Assembly: GCA_963667015.2 (NCBI GenBank)
Contig: CAXXJJ010000004.1
Span: forward strand, 1,504,001 to 1,568,000
DNA from: Desulfatiglandales bacterium
GTDB lineage: Bacteria; Desulfobacterota; DSM-4660; Desulfatiglandales; HGW-15
Reading direction: 5' to 3'
DNA: 64,000 nucleotides
Part shown: positions 9,413-19,442 of the stretch, piece after piece
Layout: every line of letters begins with the position of its first letter
Numbering within the stretch: position 1 is the stretch's first letter
Made by a program: the position numbers and the translations under genes
The notes under the pieces: model-generated
The model's input: the letters and a program-made list of their open reading frames with translations, nothing else
The model's database searches: none
Told to the model about the DNA's origin: nothing

Positions 9413-9428
9413 TGGCATGATTTCTGCT
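9413..9428 (+). promoter_or_regulatory. Sigma54 (-24/-12) promoter
   Basis: TGGCATGATTTCTGCT: GG-N10-GC, about 60 nt upstream of 9488. Confidence 0.65.
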
Positions 9429-9487
9429 ATTAGTGATTATAAAAAACAGGCTGAAAACAAAAAAGCCTGCTTCAAAAGGGAGGAAAC

Positions 9488-9853
9488 ATGATGAAAGAAA
9501 AGGAATTATGGGTTGCTTATGCACTCTGGTTTTTTTGCGGGCTCTGGGGTATTCACAAATTTTATCTTGGAAAAATCGGCATGGGAATAATCTATATCCT
9601 GACCTGCGGTTTCTTTTTTATCGGATGGTTTATAGATCTTTTTACACTGCCTTCACAGGTAGATCGATATAACCTGAAAGAACAGGTCATGGCAAACAAT
9701 CATTCCCGATATTATGAGGATCAATCATACGCGCGGGAAAAAATGAACAATTTTATACGGAAAACCAGCAGGATGGAACAGCGCCTGAGGAATATTGAGG
9801 ATATTGTCACCTCCCGGGAATACAATTTTCATCGAAGGTTATACAGCAGATGA
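9488..9853 (+). CDS. TM2-domain membrane protein with PspC-like C-terminal tail
   Basis: AYALWFFCGLWGIHKFYLGK...IGWFIDLF TM2 motif; tail RMEQRLRNIEDIVTSREY. Confidence 0.85.
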   Translation: MMKEKELWVAYALWFFCGLWGIHKFYLGKIGMGIIYILTCGFFFIGWFIDLFTLPSQVDRYNLKEQVMANNHSRYYEDQSYAREKMNNFIRKTSRMEQRLRNIEDIVTSREYNFHRRLYSR

Positions 9854-10248
9854 GATAATCATCTGCAATAAATGGTGCTTCTCCCAATCCGTTGGGAGAA
9901 AGGGACCATGGGTTCAAGTGATTATTCTGGATACCTATTCCCCAAAAAACTTGTCTTTAAATACAAAAACAGCCATTTTCATATCACATGTATAAATTGG
10001 ACACATAAAGATGCTCCATCGTGAGTATTGTCTGTCAAATTTGCTTAAAATATCTCTTCTGTTGATTGAAAAATCAACTGACAGCCTGTGATAGAGAAAA
10101 AAAAAGCCTGGAAGAGTGATTATTGCATAATCTGTTCATCAGGCTTGACCTGTCGCCTCAATATGAAGTATATTGCGACGGTTAAACTAAGGCTGTATAT
10201 TATATTTATCAATTACTAACATTTAATTTATTAATGGAGGAATCGGAC

Positions 10249-11955
10249 ATGAAACTGCGTGGAAAATTCATTGCATTTTTATGCATGAGCCTGATCTCCT
10301 GTCTCCTTATTATGGGCGGTCAGGTCAGTGCAGCAACAGATGGAAAAATTACGGTGCTCAACCCTTTGGGCACACCACCACCTATCGAGGTAAAACAGAT
10401 GGCCCCCCGCCTGGACAAGCTGGACGGTAAAACCATCTACACGATTGATACCGGCTTTCCAAATTCCGGCCGCCTTCTGAAAGAGATAGGCAAATGGTTC
10501 AAGGCAAACTATCCGAATATTAACATCGTGGAGGCTCGCGGAGGGATGTCCAACATTCCTCAGAACGTTTTGGATGAGATCAAAGAGAAAGGAGACGCCG
10601 TGATCCTCGGAGTGGGGCATTGAAGTGTCTGCGCTCCAGGGGCAGTTCGCCTCGCAATCGATTTGGAATCTAAATTAAAAAAACCTGCTGTACCTGTCCT
10701 CGTTAGCGATTTTTTACCACAAGAAATAGAGGTAGCCTATAACTACGGCATGCCGGGCATCAGGATTCAGTATATTCTTGGTCCGGTCTGGGGAAAAAAC
10801 GAAGAGCAGCTCCAGGCCCAGATTATTAATGGTATTAATCCCATTAGCGAAAAACCGGTCATGAAGGAAATTGTGGAAAAATTTACCAAAGCTCTTACCG
10901 CAAAGGAAAAGAACCCCGGAAAATTGAAACATGATCCGCCGCCGGCCACCTATACAGGTACTCCGGCTGAGCTTCAGAAACTTTTTCTTGAAAAAAGATT
11001 CACTGATTTTATGCCGGTTATCCTTCCAACACAGGAACTGGTTGATGAGATGCTGATGGGCACCAGCCATGATCCTGACGAAGTACTGGGCCGTATGAAT
11101 CCCGGATCAGAAGCGGGTGAAATGTGGACATACACGGTCAAAACCGCAGCCATCAACGCTGTAATGGCGGGTGCCAAACCGGAATATTTCCCGGTCATTC
11201 TGGCGATAGGTTCTGCCGGCACGACCGCCGTGAACATTTCCGATAACGGGTTCATGGCCGGGGCGGTAATCAACGGAAATATCCGCGATGAAATAGGGCT
11301 CAACTATGATATAGGCGCAGTAGGACCATATGCTCAGGCCAATACAACTATCGGCCGGGCCTGGAGTCTCCTTTCCATTAACGGCGGGAACTGCGGAAAA
11401 ATTGGAACAACCTACACCGGGACTGTCGGAAATCCAATGAATGCGATCAATGTCATCATTGCTGAAAATGAAGAGAAATCCCCCTGGGAACCCTTTGCTG
11501 TCAGAAGAAGCAATTCAGGAGGGGGAGGATTTGGATTTGGTAGGCCTGGAGGGCCGCCGCCGGCTAAGTATAAAAAAGGTGATAACGTCGTCACCCTCTT
11601 ATCAGGCTGGGGTATCCTTTCCGCTGTAAACTGGAAAGCCAACGACTGGACAGAGCTTCCGAACTATGCTCTGGCTATGAAGAATATCTTCAATCAGCAG
11701 GGGACAATGTTTGGGACTTTTGCTGTCCTCGGCCCGGCAGTTGCTAATAATGTCAGTGATGCCGGCTATGATACGGCGGACAAGCTCATAAAGTTTGTCA
11801 CAGATACAGGTGCCGCGCCTAAAAGCAAAATGGGCGGTTTTGGTATGGGTGGTGGAAGTTTCGAAGTAGTTGTCACCGGTTCGAACAACAATAACTACTG
11901 GATGATAGGCGGTATGAGACCTGGCCGCTCGATCAACATAGACGACTGGAGATAG
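10249..11955 (+). CDS. UGSC-family selenoprotein (U125, H-U-S-V-C), with signal peptide
   Basis: ORFs 10234..10623 and 10663..11955 are in frame across TGA 10621-10623; UxxC motif; APRLDKLDGKTI and TDFMPVILPT...AINAVMAG domains; hairpin GGGGC-AGUUC-GCCUC downstream. Confidence 0.85.
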
Positions 11956-12015
11956 GTTGTCAGTGAAAAATGATCAATTATCAGTGATCATCATTTAGTA
12001 ATAAGGTAGTAAGCA

Positions 12016-12052
12016 GCAGCCGTCGGCGCACCAGCGCCGGAGGCTGTTTTTT
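12016..12052 (+). terminator. Rho-independent terminator
   Basis: GCAGCC...CGGCGC-ACCA-GCGCCG...GGCTG-TTTTTT. Confidence 0.7.
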
Positions 12053-12070
12053 ATTTGTGGGTGCAGCGGA

Positions 12071-13168
12071 TCAATCCATATTCTTAATCAGGTATATCAA
12101 TGAATCCTTCAGGTCATTTACCCGGAACTGAATATCAAGCTGCTCATCATTCAGTGAATTGATAATCTCCATGTTAAAGCCCTCTTGCTCAGCTTTCCTA
12201 ACCCATTCTGTTTTAAGCTTCTCAATTTCTTCATTGGCCTTAGCTGCAAACTCTATACTGTTCCAGTCCATGTGCAGGTTTACAATTCCCTTTTCACCGG
12301 AAAGTTTATCAAGGGATATTTCCGCCTTTTTCATCCCTGAGCCAAGTTCTTCACTGAAGGTTCCCGTGCCATGATTAAGAACCTTTAATTGAGAACCGTC
12401 AAACACGCCATATGCCAGAGCTCCTTCACTGCCTGCCCGGTAAAAAGATTCTGATAAAGTTTCATTCAATTCGCCACTACTGCCCTCTTCAGAAAGACGA
12501 TCCAGGGCAGAGATTGCAGACTCCGGATCATTACCAAGGATAAATGTTCCCTCATAAAATCCGACAGCTATCTGTTCAGTCCTCTCACTGTTCCAGTCAC
12601 CATCCCCTTCGAATAAAAAAAGATCACCGTGCCCGGTGGAGATCTTTTTATTCTTTAATTCATCATTACTTTCAAAGAGTGAATTGAGAAATAATTTTAC
12701 TATCCGTGTTCCCTTTCCGAAATTTGCCGCAACTATAAAATCAATATTTCCGGCTTCATCGGATGACAAAGACAAAGTTGCTTCCTTCGGGGCGATCAAC
12801 TCAATAAACCTGGCCGGGTCCTCCTGGCCCTCAAAATAATTTTTCAATCCTTCAAGATATTCCGGGAGCTTTGGTACCTGTTTGCGGTTATTATTCCGGG
12901 CCGCCCTGGACACATCTGAGACAAGCTGAAGCACCTCCTGGTTTTCAGAAAGGTCTTCCAGCCTGAATGCACCGGATGAAGCTGTATTAAGTATTCTATC
13001 AGTCGGTACCTGATCTTCCTGTGAAAACAGCCACCATCCGCCAAAACCAATTATAATAAAGAACAATCCGATTATTGCTGCACAACCGATTCCGCATCCT
13101 ATAAGTGTCTTCTTCTGTGTAGACATTTTTGATGCTGGTCTGTTCGTATAATCTGGAGTTATATTCAT
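12071..13168 (-). CDS. Membrane-anchored hypothetical protein
   Basis: Long ORF, N-terminal GCGIGC + TM helix, GAGGTG RBS before ATG 13168. Confidence 0.75.
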   Translation of the reverse strand: MNITPDYTNRPASKMSTQKKTLIGCGIGCAAIIGLFFIIIGFGGWWLFSQEDQVPTDRILNTASSGAFRLEDLSENQEVLQLVSDVSRAARNNNRKQVPKLPEYLEGLKNYFEGQEDPARFIELIAPKEATLSLSSDEAGNIDFIVAANFGKGTRIVKLFLNSLFESNDELKNKKISTGHGDLFLFEGDGDWNSERTEQIAVGFYEGTFILGNDPESAISALDRLSEEGSSGELNETLSESFYRAGSEGALAYGVFDGSQLKVLNHGTGTFSEELGSGMKKAEISLDKLSGEKGIVNLHMDWNSIEFAAKANEEIEKLKTEWVRKAEQEGFNMEIINSLNDEQLDIQFRVNDLKDSLIYLIKNMD

Positions 13169-13210
13169 TGTGTTTTTCACCTCTGGATAAGATATTACAG
13201 TTGAATAAGC

Positions 13211-13684
13211 CTATTGTTTTTCCATCACTTTTTTTATATTCACGGGTTTCCCATTTTCATCGACGCCTTTAAATGTCTGCGTCATGGTCTTTCCATCACT
13301 GCTTATTATCTTATGGTACAGCCCGACCTGGTTGCCATTCAGCGTTATAACCGCAAACCAGTGTCCGGGTTCAACATAGCCTTCAACATAGAGCAATCCT
13401 TCTTCGAGAGTCTTTGAAAGACATGCAGCAACACCGCCCTCTTTCGGCCATATCCATTTGCCTGAATCAGTACTACCATCCTCAAAGATAGTTGATATGG
13501 TGAGTTCCATCAAGTTTTCGTCAGTTTCACGGTAAATATTGATATCTTCTTTAATACTCTTCTCGTCAGCAGACAGAACCGATTTGGCAATATTAAGTTT
13601 CCATGTACCAATAATCGGATCAGCAGCCCAAAGAGTGTCAGGTAAAGAAATGAGAATGATAAAAAGAAATATTATTTTTCGCAT
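13211..13684 (-). CDS. Secreted hypothetical protein (lipocalin-like GTWKL motif)
   Basis: Signal peptide, ADPIIGTWKLNIAKS, GGAGG RBS. Confidence 0.8.
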   Translation of the reverse strand: MRKIIFLFIILISLPDTLWAADPIIGTWKLNIAKSVLSADEKSIKEDINIYRETDENLMELTISTIFEDGSTDSGKWIWPKEGGVAACLSKTLEEGLLYVEGYVEPGHWFAVITLNGNQVGLYHKIISSDGKTMTQTFKGVDENGKPVNIKKVMEKQ

Positions 13685-13847
13685 AATTAATATCCTCCGA
13701 TAATGTTGTTTAGCAATGTATTCAAAATAAATTTATTTTTTCTTTACAATAAAACAAAGAATGTATGTTTTTTATCATTTTGTTCTTCTTTATTTAGGAA
13801 ATGAAAAAGTGGATACTTTCAGTTCATTAGGTTTTGTAGCTCCGACT

Positions 13848-13910
13848 TTATAACGCCAGGTTTAACCGGTAAGGCGGAACGCCTTGCCATCGATAAAACC
13901 TTTGTAATAT
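13848..13910 (-). repeat. attC site (degenerate)
   Basis: TTATAAC...AGGTTT...AAGGCG-GAA-CGCCTT...AAACCT...GTAATAT. Confidence 0.55.
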
Positions 13911-13937
13911 TGTTTTTTATAGTCATTTAACTTTCCT

Positions 13938-15155
13938 TTAATTACTCGCTGCTTTAACCCATTTTAATATTTCTCTCCAGGTTGGTTCTTTCCCATACAT
14001 CAACATAGAAATTTCAAATATTTTTCCTGCAAATTTTCGTAAATACCATGTGCTTGCTATCAACAGCAGAAATGAAATGACTATTTCTATTACACTAACA
14101 TGTGAGAGAACCATTCGGACAGAGATTATAGGAACAGACGTCGGCGGGAAAAATGTTAGAATTTTCATTGCAATGCTGTCAGGATTTCCAAAACCTAAAA
14201 AAGCTAATGCTGTAGGAGCAGCAGGCAGAAGCATAAAAATGCCTCTTGCGGAAGTGTTTGGGTCACTAATAGTTGCCGCAACAGCAGAAAAAAAAGTGTT
14301 CCAGAAAAAGAATCCCGCAAGTGAAAAGATAAATAAACAGAAAATTAAAAACGGATTAGTGATAACGATAGGAATCGACCATCCAATGCCAGATAACCCG
14401 GATACAGCATAAAACAAAACTGTACTGACTGAAGCATGTATTAAGCCCACTAAAGAAAAAATAGAAATACCAAGTATTTTACCATCCATCCATGTTTGTG
14501 CGCTAATAGCAGCAACGATAACCTCAGTTGTTCTTGACTGTTTTTCACCGGTTATTGCTGTAAACATAAGAGCCAGACCGGAAAATATCAAAAAAAACAT
14601 AAACCCTATTAATATACCTGCTACTATTTTTTCTCCTAATGTACTTTTTGTTTTTTGGGGAACAGTATAATTAGTCTTGATATCTATCTGGCTGAATATT
14701 TCTTTCAGTTGTTCCGGAGGGATATTCAATTCTTTTAATTTAATCTGTTGTCGTTCTAAAGTTAATGCCCCTTTCAAGTTTTTTAACCATGATGGTTCTT
14801 TGTTTGCAATCAGTTCCACATTGTCAAAGTCATTAATAATAAGTATGCCTTCAATATTTTTTTCTGATAGTTCATGCTTTAATGAATCCAGCTGATGATC
14901 TTTTTTTACTGATATTTTCAGGTTGTTTATTTTGTCCAGTTTCAGTTGAATTCCCGAATTGTTTATTACTGCTATTTCATTTTCAAGATCTGCGAATTTT
15001 TTAAATAATGCCTGTCCGCCTAAAAATATCAAGCCTGACAGCAGGGCTACGAGAAGAGTGATTAATTGAGCCCTTAATTTAAACCAGCGATTGAACTCCC
15101 ATTTTGCTACTTCAAAAACAAGGCGAAAACTATTTCGGCTTTTAGTCTGCATCAT
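13938..15155 (-). CDS. ABC-2 type transporter permease (NatB/YhaP-like), cassette-borne
   Basis: TM pattern, GEKQSRTTEVI...MDGKILG, YGKEPTWREILKW. Confidence 0.9.
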   Translation of the reverse strand: MMQTKSRNSFRLVFEVAKWEFNRWFKLRAQLITLLVALLSGLIFLGGQALFKKFADLENEIAVINNSGIQLKLDKINNLKISVKKDHQLDSLKHELSEKNIEGILIINDFDNVELIANKEPSWLKNLKGALTLERQQIKLKELNIPPEQLKEIFSQIDIKTNYTVPQKTKSTLGEKIVAGILIGFMFFLIFSGLALMFTAITGEKQSRTTEVIVAAISAQTWMDGKILGISIFSLVGLIHASVSTVLFYAVSGLSGIGWSIPIVITNPFLIFCLFIFSLAGFFFWNTFFSAVAATISDPNTSARGIFMLLPAAPTALAFLGFGNPDSIAMKILTFFPPTSVPIISVRMVLSHVSVIEIVISFLLLIASTWYLRKFAGKIFEISMLMYGKEPTWREILKWVKAASN

Positions 15156-16083
15156 GCGCCTCTTTGTCCCTATTTACCATTTCTATATAAATATCGTGCA
15201 GGGTTGTATGTTCTGTTTTTACAGACATTATTTTTAGGTTTGAAGAAACTTTACTCAGTAAGCCGGACAAGGATTTGTTATGCCGCAGGATTAATATTAT
15301 TTCTCCGCTTTTACTGTCATAAAATCGTTCCACTGCTTCATCGTCTTTTAAAAAAGAAAAGTCCGCCTGACCTTCATAATAGATTATAAGTTTTTCACCG
15401 GTTTTACTACGGCTTTTCAGTTCATCTATTGTTCCATTCGCAATACATTTACCATTGTTTAACAGCATTATTTTATCGCCGATTTTTTCAACCAATTGCA
15501 TTTGATGGGCGCTTAATAATACCGTGGTGCCTTTATCCCGAAGCTCTTTAATGATAGACAGAAAAGCTTCCTGGTTTATGGGGTCAAAACCAGCAAAGGG
15601 TTCATCCAGAATTGCAAAAGAAGGATTATGAATAACAGATGAGATAAACTGCACTTTCTGTTGGTTACCTTTTGAAAGCGTATTTAGTTTTTCTTTTTTT
15701 CTACCGAGCAGTTCCAGTTTATCTAGCCATACTTCCGCTGATTTTTTTGCATCAGATTTTATCATTCCTTTTATGATGCCCATGTATTCGAGTGTTTTGA
15801 TAATCGGGATATCCGGATAAAGTCCTCTTTCTTCAGGCAGATAACCAAATTGATTTGTATGAAGAACCGTGGAGCTGCTTGAATGGTTTGAGAAGAATTC
15901 AATTCTACCTTCATCAGGTTTAATTATATCCATGAGCATACGTACAGTGGTTGTTTTTCCGGAACCGTTAGGGCCTAGCAGAGCAAAGATCTCTCCTTTT
16001 TGAACAGTGAAGGAAATATTATTCACCGCCGTAATATCGCCAAATCGTTTAAAAATGGAATCTACCTTAAGGATAACTTCCAA
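15142..16083 (-). CDS. ABC transporter ATP-binding protein (NatA/YhaQ-like)
   Basis: Walker A GPNGSGKTT, LSKGNQQK signature, ILDEPF. Confidence 0.92.
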   Translation of the reverse strand: MEVILKVDSIFKRFGDITAVNNISFTVQKGEIFALLGPNGSGKTTTVRMLMDIIKPDEGRIEFFSNHSSSSTVLHTNQFGYLPEERGLYPDIPIIKTLEYMGIIKGMIKSDAKKSAEVWLDKLELLGRKKEKLNTLSKGNQQKVQFISSVIHNPSFAILDEPFAGFDPINQEAFLSIIKELRDKGTTVLLSAHQMQLVEKIGDKIMLLNNGKCIANGTIDELKSRSKTGEKLIIYYEGQADFSFLKDDEAVERFYDSKSGEIILILRHNKSLSGLLSKVSSNLKIMSVKTEHTTLHDIYIEMVNRDKEAHDAD

Positions 16084-16118
16084 TTTAATTTACTCCTTGT
16101 CGCCTTGGATTTTATTCA

Positions 16119-16251
16119 ATATAACATCGCATTACAGGCATGCGGTGTATACCCTTAAAAAGTATTAATAGATAAAAAATATTGCGAACCTTAAAAGATC
16201 GATTCGGCAAGATAGTAGCATGTCCTTGGCACGAAGATGCGGATGTTAGTG
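16119..16251 (-). repeat. attC site
   Basis: ATATAACATCGCAT...ATGCGGATGTTAGTG; upstream gene stop TAA lies in CACTAAC. Confidence 0.75.
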
Positions 16252-16665
16252 TTCTCTCCAGCTTTTATTTGACTCACTTGCTTCAAGTAGATCCCACTGA
16301 TTACCATACAAATCTTTGAAGACCGCAAATGTTCCATAATCCACTTTTTGGGGTTCCCGAATAAATTCTATTCCTTTTGATTTAAATGATTCGTAATCTC
16401 TCCAGAAGTTATCGGTGTAAAGAAATAAAAAAACACGTCCTCCTGTCTGATTTCCGATATATGTATTTTGTTCTGGTGTTGAAGCCTTTGCTAATAATAA
16501 ATTTGAACCGCTATTTCCTTTAGGACATACTACTACCCATCGTTTGTCTTGTTCTGGAATATAAGTATCTTCAACAAGCTCAAAATCAAGCATACTGGTA
16601 TAGAACTTTATTGCTTCATCATAATCTTTTACAACCAATGAAATGAGACCAAGTGATCGATTCAT
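16246..16665 (-). CDS. VOC/glyoxalase family protein, cassette-borne
   Basis: LVVKDYDEAIKFY, GNQTGGRVFLFL, YGTFAVFKDLYGNQWDL; start ATG 16665. Confidence 0.9.
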   Translation of the reverse strand: MNRSLGLISLVVKDYDEAIKFYTSMLDFELVEDTYIPEQDKRWVVVCPKGNSGSNLLLAKASTPEQNTYIGNQTGGRVFLFLYTDNFWRDYESFKSKGIEFIREPQKVDYGTFAVFKDLYGNQWDLLEASESNKSWREH

Positions 16666-16694
16666 AAATTTCCTATTAAGCCAAAATCTCGAAA

Positions 16695-16813
16695 CATTAA
16701 CGCCCACAAAAAGGGCTGGCGAATGGTACCGATGATGGAAGTATGATGACAAGAAAGAAAAAAACAAATAACATGAGTGAAAAGTATTTATAGTAAATAT
16801 TCAATTTGTTCAT
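16695..16813 (-). pseudogene. Deleted cassette remnant: 5' end of a gene fused to half an attC
   Basis: GGAGAGG RBS + MNKLNIYYKYFSLMLFVFFLSC; 16695-16740 resembles the left half of the attC at 18164. Confidence 0.5.
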
Positions 16814-16824
16814 ATCCTCTCCAT

Positions 16825-16886
16825 CATAAACCCCGGTTTAACAGGCGGGCGCAGCCCGGCCCAGTTGAAACTGATATTTGTTGGCA
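16825..16886 (-). repeat. attC site
   Basis: CATAAAC...GGTTTAAC...CGGGC-GCA-GCCCG...GTTGAAACTG...GTTGGCA. Confidence 0.7.
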
Positions 16887-16907
16887 ATTTTTCAGGGTAA
16901 AACATTT

Positions 16908-17684
16908 CTATTTATATGCTAAGACGTTTATTCTCCGGAACATTTCGAAGCATGTCCCATCTTTTTGTTTTGTTGATTCTACCATTATATCTGCTACAGT
17001 TTTATGAAACGGTTCTGCCAGATCAGGGTTAAGATATTGCTTGAAAGGAACGATAGCAGGATGATCAACCCACCCAAGCATTTCATTTTCATCAGGAAAA
17101 TATCTGTCTACATTTTCGCCCCATACTTCAGCATTAATAAAAGATGAGCTATTAACTAACTTCGTATATTCCTCAACTCCCGGCATATACCAGGGCCATT
17201 CAAAACCAAGAAAAGCATCCCTAAAATCATTTCGTCCCATAACCTCCAGGACAATATTATTTAGAGTTGAGCAATTACCTTCACCTGCAAAATTTACTCG
17301 CAGTTTTCCCGATGGCCTGAGCGCTCTATACAGCAATTCTAAAAGTGTTTTGTGATCTTTTACCCAATGAAGGACAGCATTTGAGAATACAATATCAAAC
17401 TCCTCATTAAAATTAATATTTATAACATCGAGGTGTTGAAATACCAGGTTGCTACCTCTGTGCGTTTGTGCAGTTTCTATCATTCCTTTTGATGCGTCAA
17501 TGCCGGTTACAGCACCATCAGGTACAACTTCTGCCAGTTTTGCAGTGAGAGCTCCATCACCGCACCCAACGTCTAAAATACGTTCATCACCACGGAGGTT
17601 GAGTTCCTCAATCAGTCTTGTTCCCCATTCTTTCTGATGAGTAGAAGTTTGCGCATAACGTTTACCATCAAATTCAACTGTCAC
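16908..17684 (-). CDS. Class I SAM-dependent methyltransferase (trans-aconitate methyltransferase-like), cassette-borne
   Basis: ILDVGCGDG, GIDAS, FDIVFSNAVLHW, LRPSG. Confidence 0.9.
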   Translation of the reverse strand: MTVEFDGKRYAQTSTHQKEWGTRLIEELNLRGDERILDVGCGDGALTAKLAEVVPDGAVTGIDASKGMIETAQTHRGSNLVFQHLDVININFNEEFDIVFSNAVLHWVKDHKTLLELLYRALRPSGKLRVNFAGEGNCSTLNNIVLEVMGRNDFRDAFLGFEWPWYMPGVEEYTKLVNSSSFINAEVWGENVDRYFPDENEMLGWVDHPAIVPFKQYLNPDLAEPFHKTVADIMVESTKQKDGTCFEMFRRINVLAYK

Positions 17685-17709
17685 TGTGTTTTCTCCTATA
17701 TATTTTTAT

Positions 17710-17782
17710 CGTCAACTTAACCCTTAACATGCTGGGTGGGGTTTTATCGCCCAGTCATGGTTGAAGGGAGGGTTTGTTAACC
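17710..17782 (-). repeat. attC site
   Basis: CGTCAAC...CCCTT-AACATGCTGGGTG...CGCCCAGTCATGGTTGAAGGG...GTTAACC; stop codon inside the inverse core site. Confidence 0.7.
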
Positions 17783-18148
17783 CTGTTTTATTGTTTGTAT
17801 TGTATTCGTTAATATCAGACAGAAGAATGCTACAAGAAATATTACAGCAAGTATTTTACATAATTTTTTTACGTAAGGCTTACCGCCAAAATGCCAAAAA
17901 TCTGGTTCTGTTGTAAGATCAATTGGAAGATCTTTTAATATTTTTTCAGCCTCGGACTTCATTGGTGCAGGAACAAGAATGTTAAAGAAGGCGCCTGGGC
18001 CAGCAACAGGCGTATACATACCTGTTTTCAAACCTGCAAAGTTTTCTTTTTGTTTGAAGATTGGAATATTTGATTCAGTCAATGCATTGCAAGCTAGTTC
18101 AAATTCATGTAGACGACCAGTTTGTAGAATTAAGACTTGTTCTGTCAT
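17777..18148 (-). CDS. Hypothetical protein (DUF2007-like N-terminus, C-terminal TM), cassette-borne
   Basis: GGAGG RBS before ATG 18148; ACNALTESNIP...ILVPAPMKSEAEKIL. Confidence 0.7.
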   Translation of the reverse strand: MTEQVLILQTGRLHEFELACNALTESNIPIFKQKENFAGLKTGMYTPVAGPGAFFNILVPAPMKSEAEKILKDLPIDLTTEPDFWHFGGKPYVKKLCKILAVIFLVAFFCLILTNTIQTIKQG

Positions 18149-18163
18149 TGTCTCCTCCCTAAA

Positions 18164-18298
18164 GCATAACGCCAACAATAAGGGATTGGCGGATAATGGT
18201 GCCGATGGTCGATAAAGTATGAAGACCATTGATACTACTAAATTTCAATCTGCAAGAAAAACCAGCCAATCACCTTGATTGCCTTATAAGGGTTATAC
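18164..18298 (-). repeat. attC site (long type)
   Basis: GCATAAC...AAT-AAGG-GATTGGC...GCCAATC-A-CCTT-G-ATT...GTTATAC. Confidence 0.75.
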
Positions 18299-18302
18299 AA
18301 AA

Positions 18303-18572
18303 TTATTTGGATAAAATATTAAGAAATCCAACAATGCATACAGCTAATCCACATGACCAAATTACTATTCGAATTATTCTTATTTTTTTCTCATGTAATT
18401 TAAAGAAATCATTTCTTATAATTCCCAAAGACGTACTTATGGAAAAAATCAAAATTCCATATACTGCATAATTTACACACCCTTTGATGTAAATATATAT
18501 AATAAATAATAGAATCAGAAAATTGATGAAAAAAAAGAATGGGATTTCACACTTTCTTAATAAATTACTCAT
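18303..18572 (-). CDS. Small membrane protein, cassette-borne
   Basis: 89 aa, 3 hydrophobic segments, AAGGTG RBS, flanked by GTTATAC/GTATAAC. Confidence 0.6.
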   Translation of the reverse strand: MSNLLRKCEIPFFFFINFLILLFIIYIYIKGCVNYAVYGILIFSISTSLGIIRNDFFKLHEKKIRIIRIVIWSCGLAVCIVGFLNILSK

Positions 18573-18586
18573 ATTTCACCTTCTTT

Positions 18587-18720
18587 GTATAACGAGGTTG
18601 TCGAAAAAAGTCCCCAGCTAATTTTTTCTTATGTTTTTATGAGATCGTTTGGCATTGCCCATTTGACGATCGTCGATTGTATTGCATTTTTGAAAACAAT
18701 TTTTAACAGTTCTACTCATG
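18587..18720. mobile_element. Degenerate MITE-like insertion at an attC core site
   Basis: GTATAAC directly followed by IS-end-like GAGGTTGTCGAAAAAAGTCC; internal ATCGTCGATT shared with the element at 19450; right end unclear. Confidence 0.4.
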
Positions 18721-18845
18721 TAAATTTTACAATAGGGTTTTTCTCAATATTTTATTAATAACGTATACATGGTCAGGCTTGTATTTGATGGCACAATGAT
18801 TGTTTACATTTACTTTTTTATGAGTTTCCATTTTATGTTTTTCAC

Positions 18846-18908
18846 ACACAACGTTTAACCGGCCGGGCGGCGTTTTATCGCCCGGTCGGGTTTATTGATT
18901 GGTTGTGT
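18846..18908 (-). repeat. attC site
   Basis: ACACAAC...AACC-GGCCGGGCGG...TCGCCCGGTC-GGGTT...GTTGTGT, 63 bp. Confidence 0.8.
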
Positions 18909-19231
18909 GTTTTTTTATTTCCATTGTCCGAAGGGTCCAAATGCAAACCACATTTTGGACAGTTGCCACCAGTTACAGGTGTCCCCCAAGAAGAACACCT
19001 TGGGCATCTTTTAAATAAAAAAACACCCTTTAAGAATAAAATGATCATAGTTATTAATAATATTATAGCTACTGACATTTGTAAAAATGGATATTGACCT
19101 AAAAAGAAATTATTAATGAAAATAAGGCCAAGAAGAATAGTCATATAAAGAAGAATGAGGCTATTATATTTTGCCATTTTCTGTAGTTTTTTTCTTTCTT
19201 CTTCGTTTGGAGCTTTTGAAATCATGACCAA
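18875..19231 (-). CDS. Membrane protein with C-terminal zinc ribbon, cassette-borne
   Basis: Two TM helices, CPRC...CPKC; reads into the attC. Confidence 0.7.
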   Translation of the reverse strand: MVMISKAPNEEERKKLQKMAKYNSLILLYMTILLGLIFINNFFLGQYPFLQMSVAIILLITMIILFLKGVFLFKRCPRCSSWGTPVTGGNCPKCGLHLDPSDNGNKKTHNQSINPTGR

Positions 19232-19273
19232 TCCTTTTTTAATAAATTATATATTCTATGAAGGATATTTTAC

Positions 19274-19361
19274 ACACAACTTTTTGCTCACCAGCCCCGC
19301 CGCGATGCTGCGCGAAAAACAAAATGGACCCTCCGGGGTCTGGTGTAGCTGATTGATAATG
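19274..19361 (-). repeat. attC site, same family as 21013-21098
   Basis: Shares GCTCAC.AGCCCCGCCG.GAT...GGACCCTCCGGGGTCT.GTG.AGC with the 21013 copy. Confidence 0.7.
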
Positions 19362-19442
19362 TTAAAAGCCATTTTTAATTGCTATTTGGAGACCATGTCA
19401 TTTTAATAACTACCTGTAATCACGTATTATATTTGGGGATTT

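Noticed and set aside
13169..13213. TAG readthrough fusing 13211..13684 with the downstream gene
   Set aside because: In frame, but the downstream gene has its own RBS, ATG and membrane anchor; likely chance
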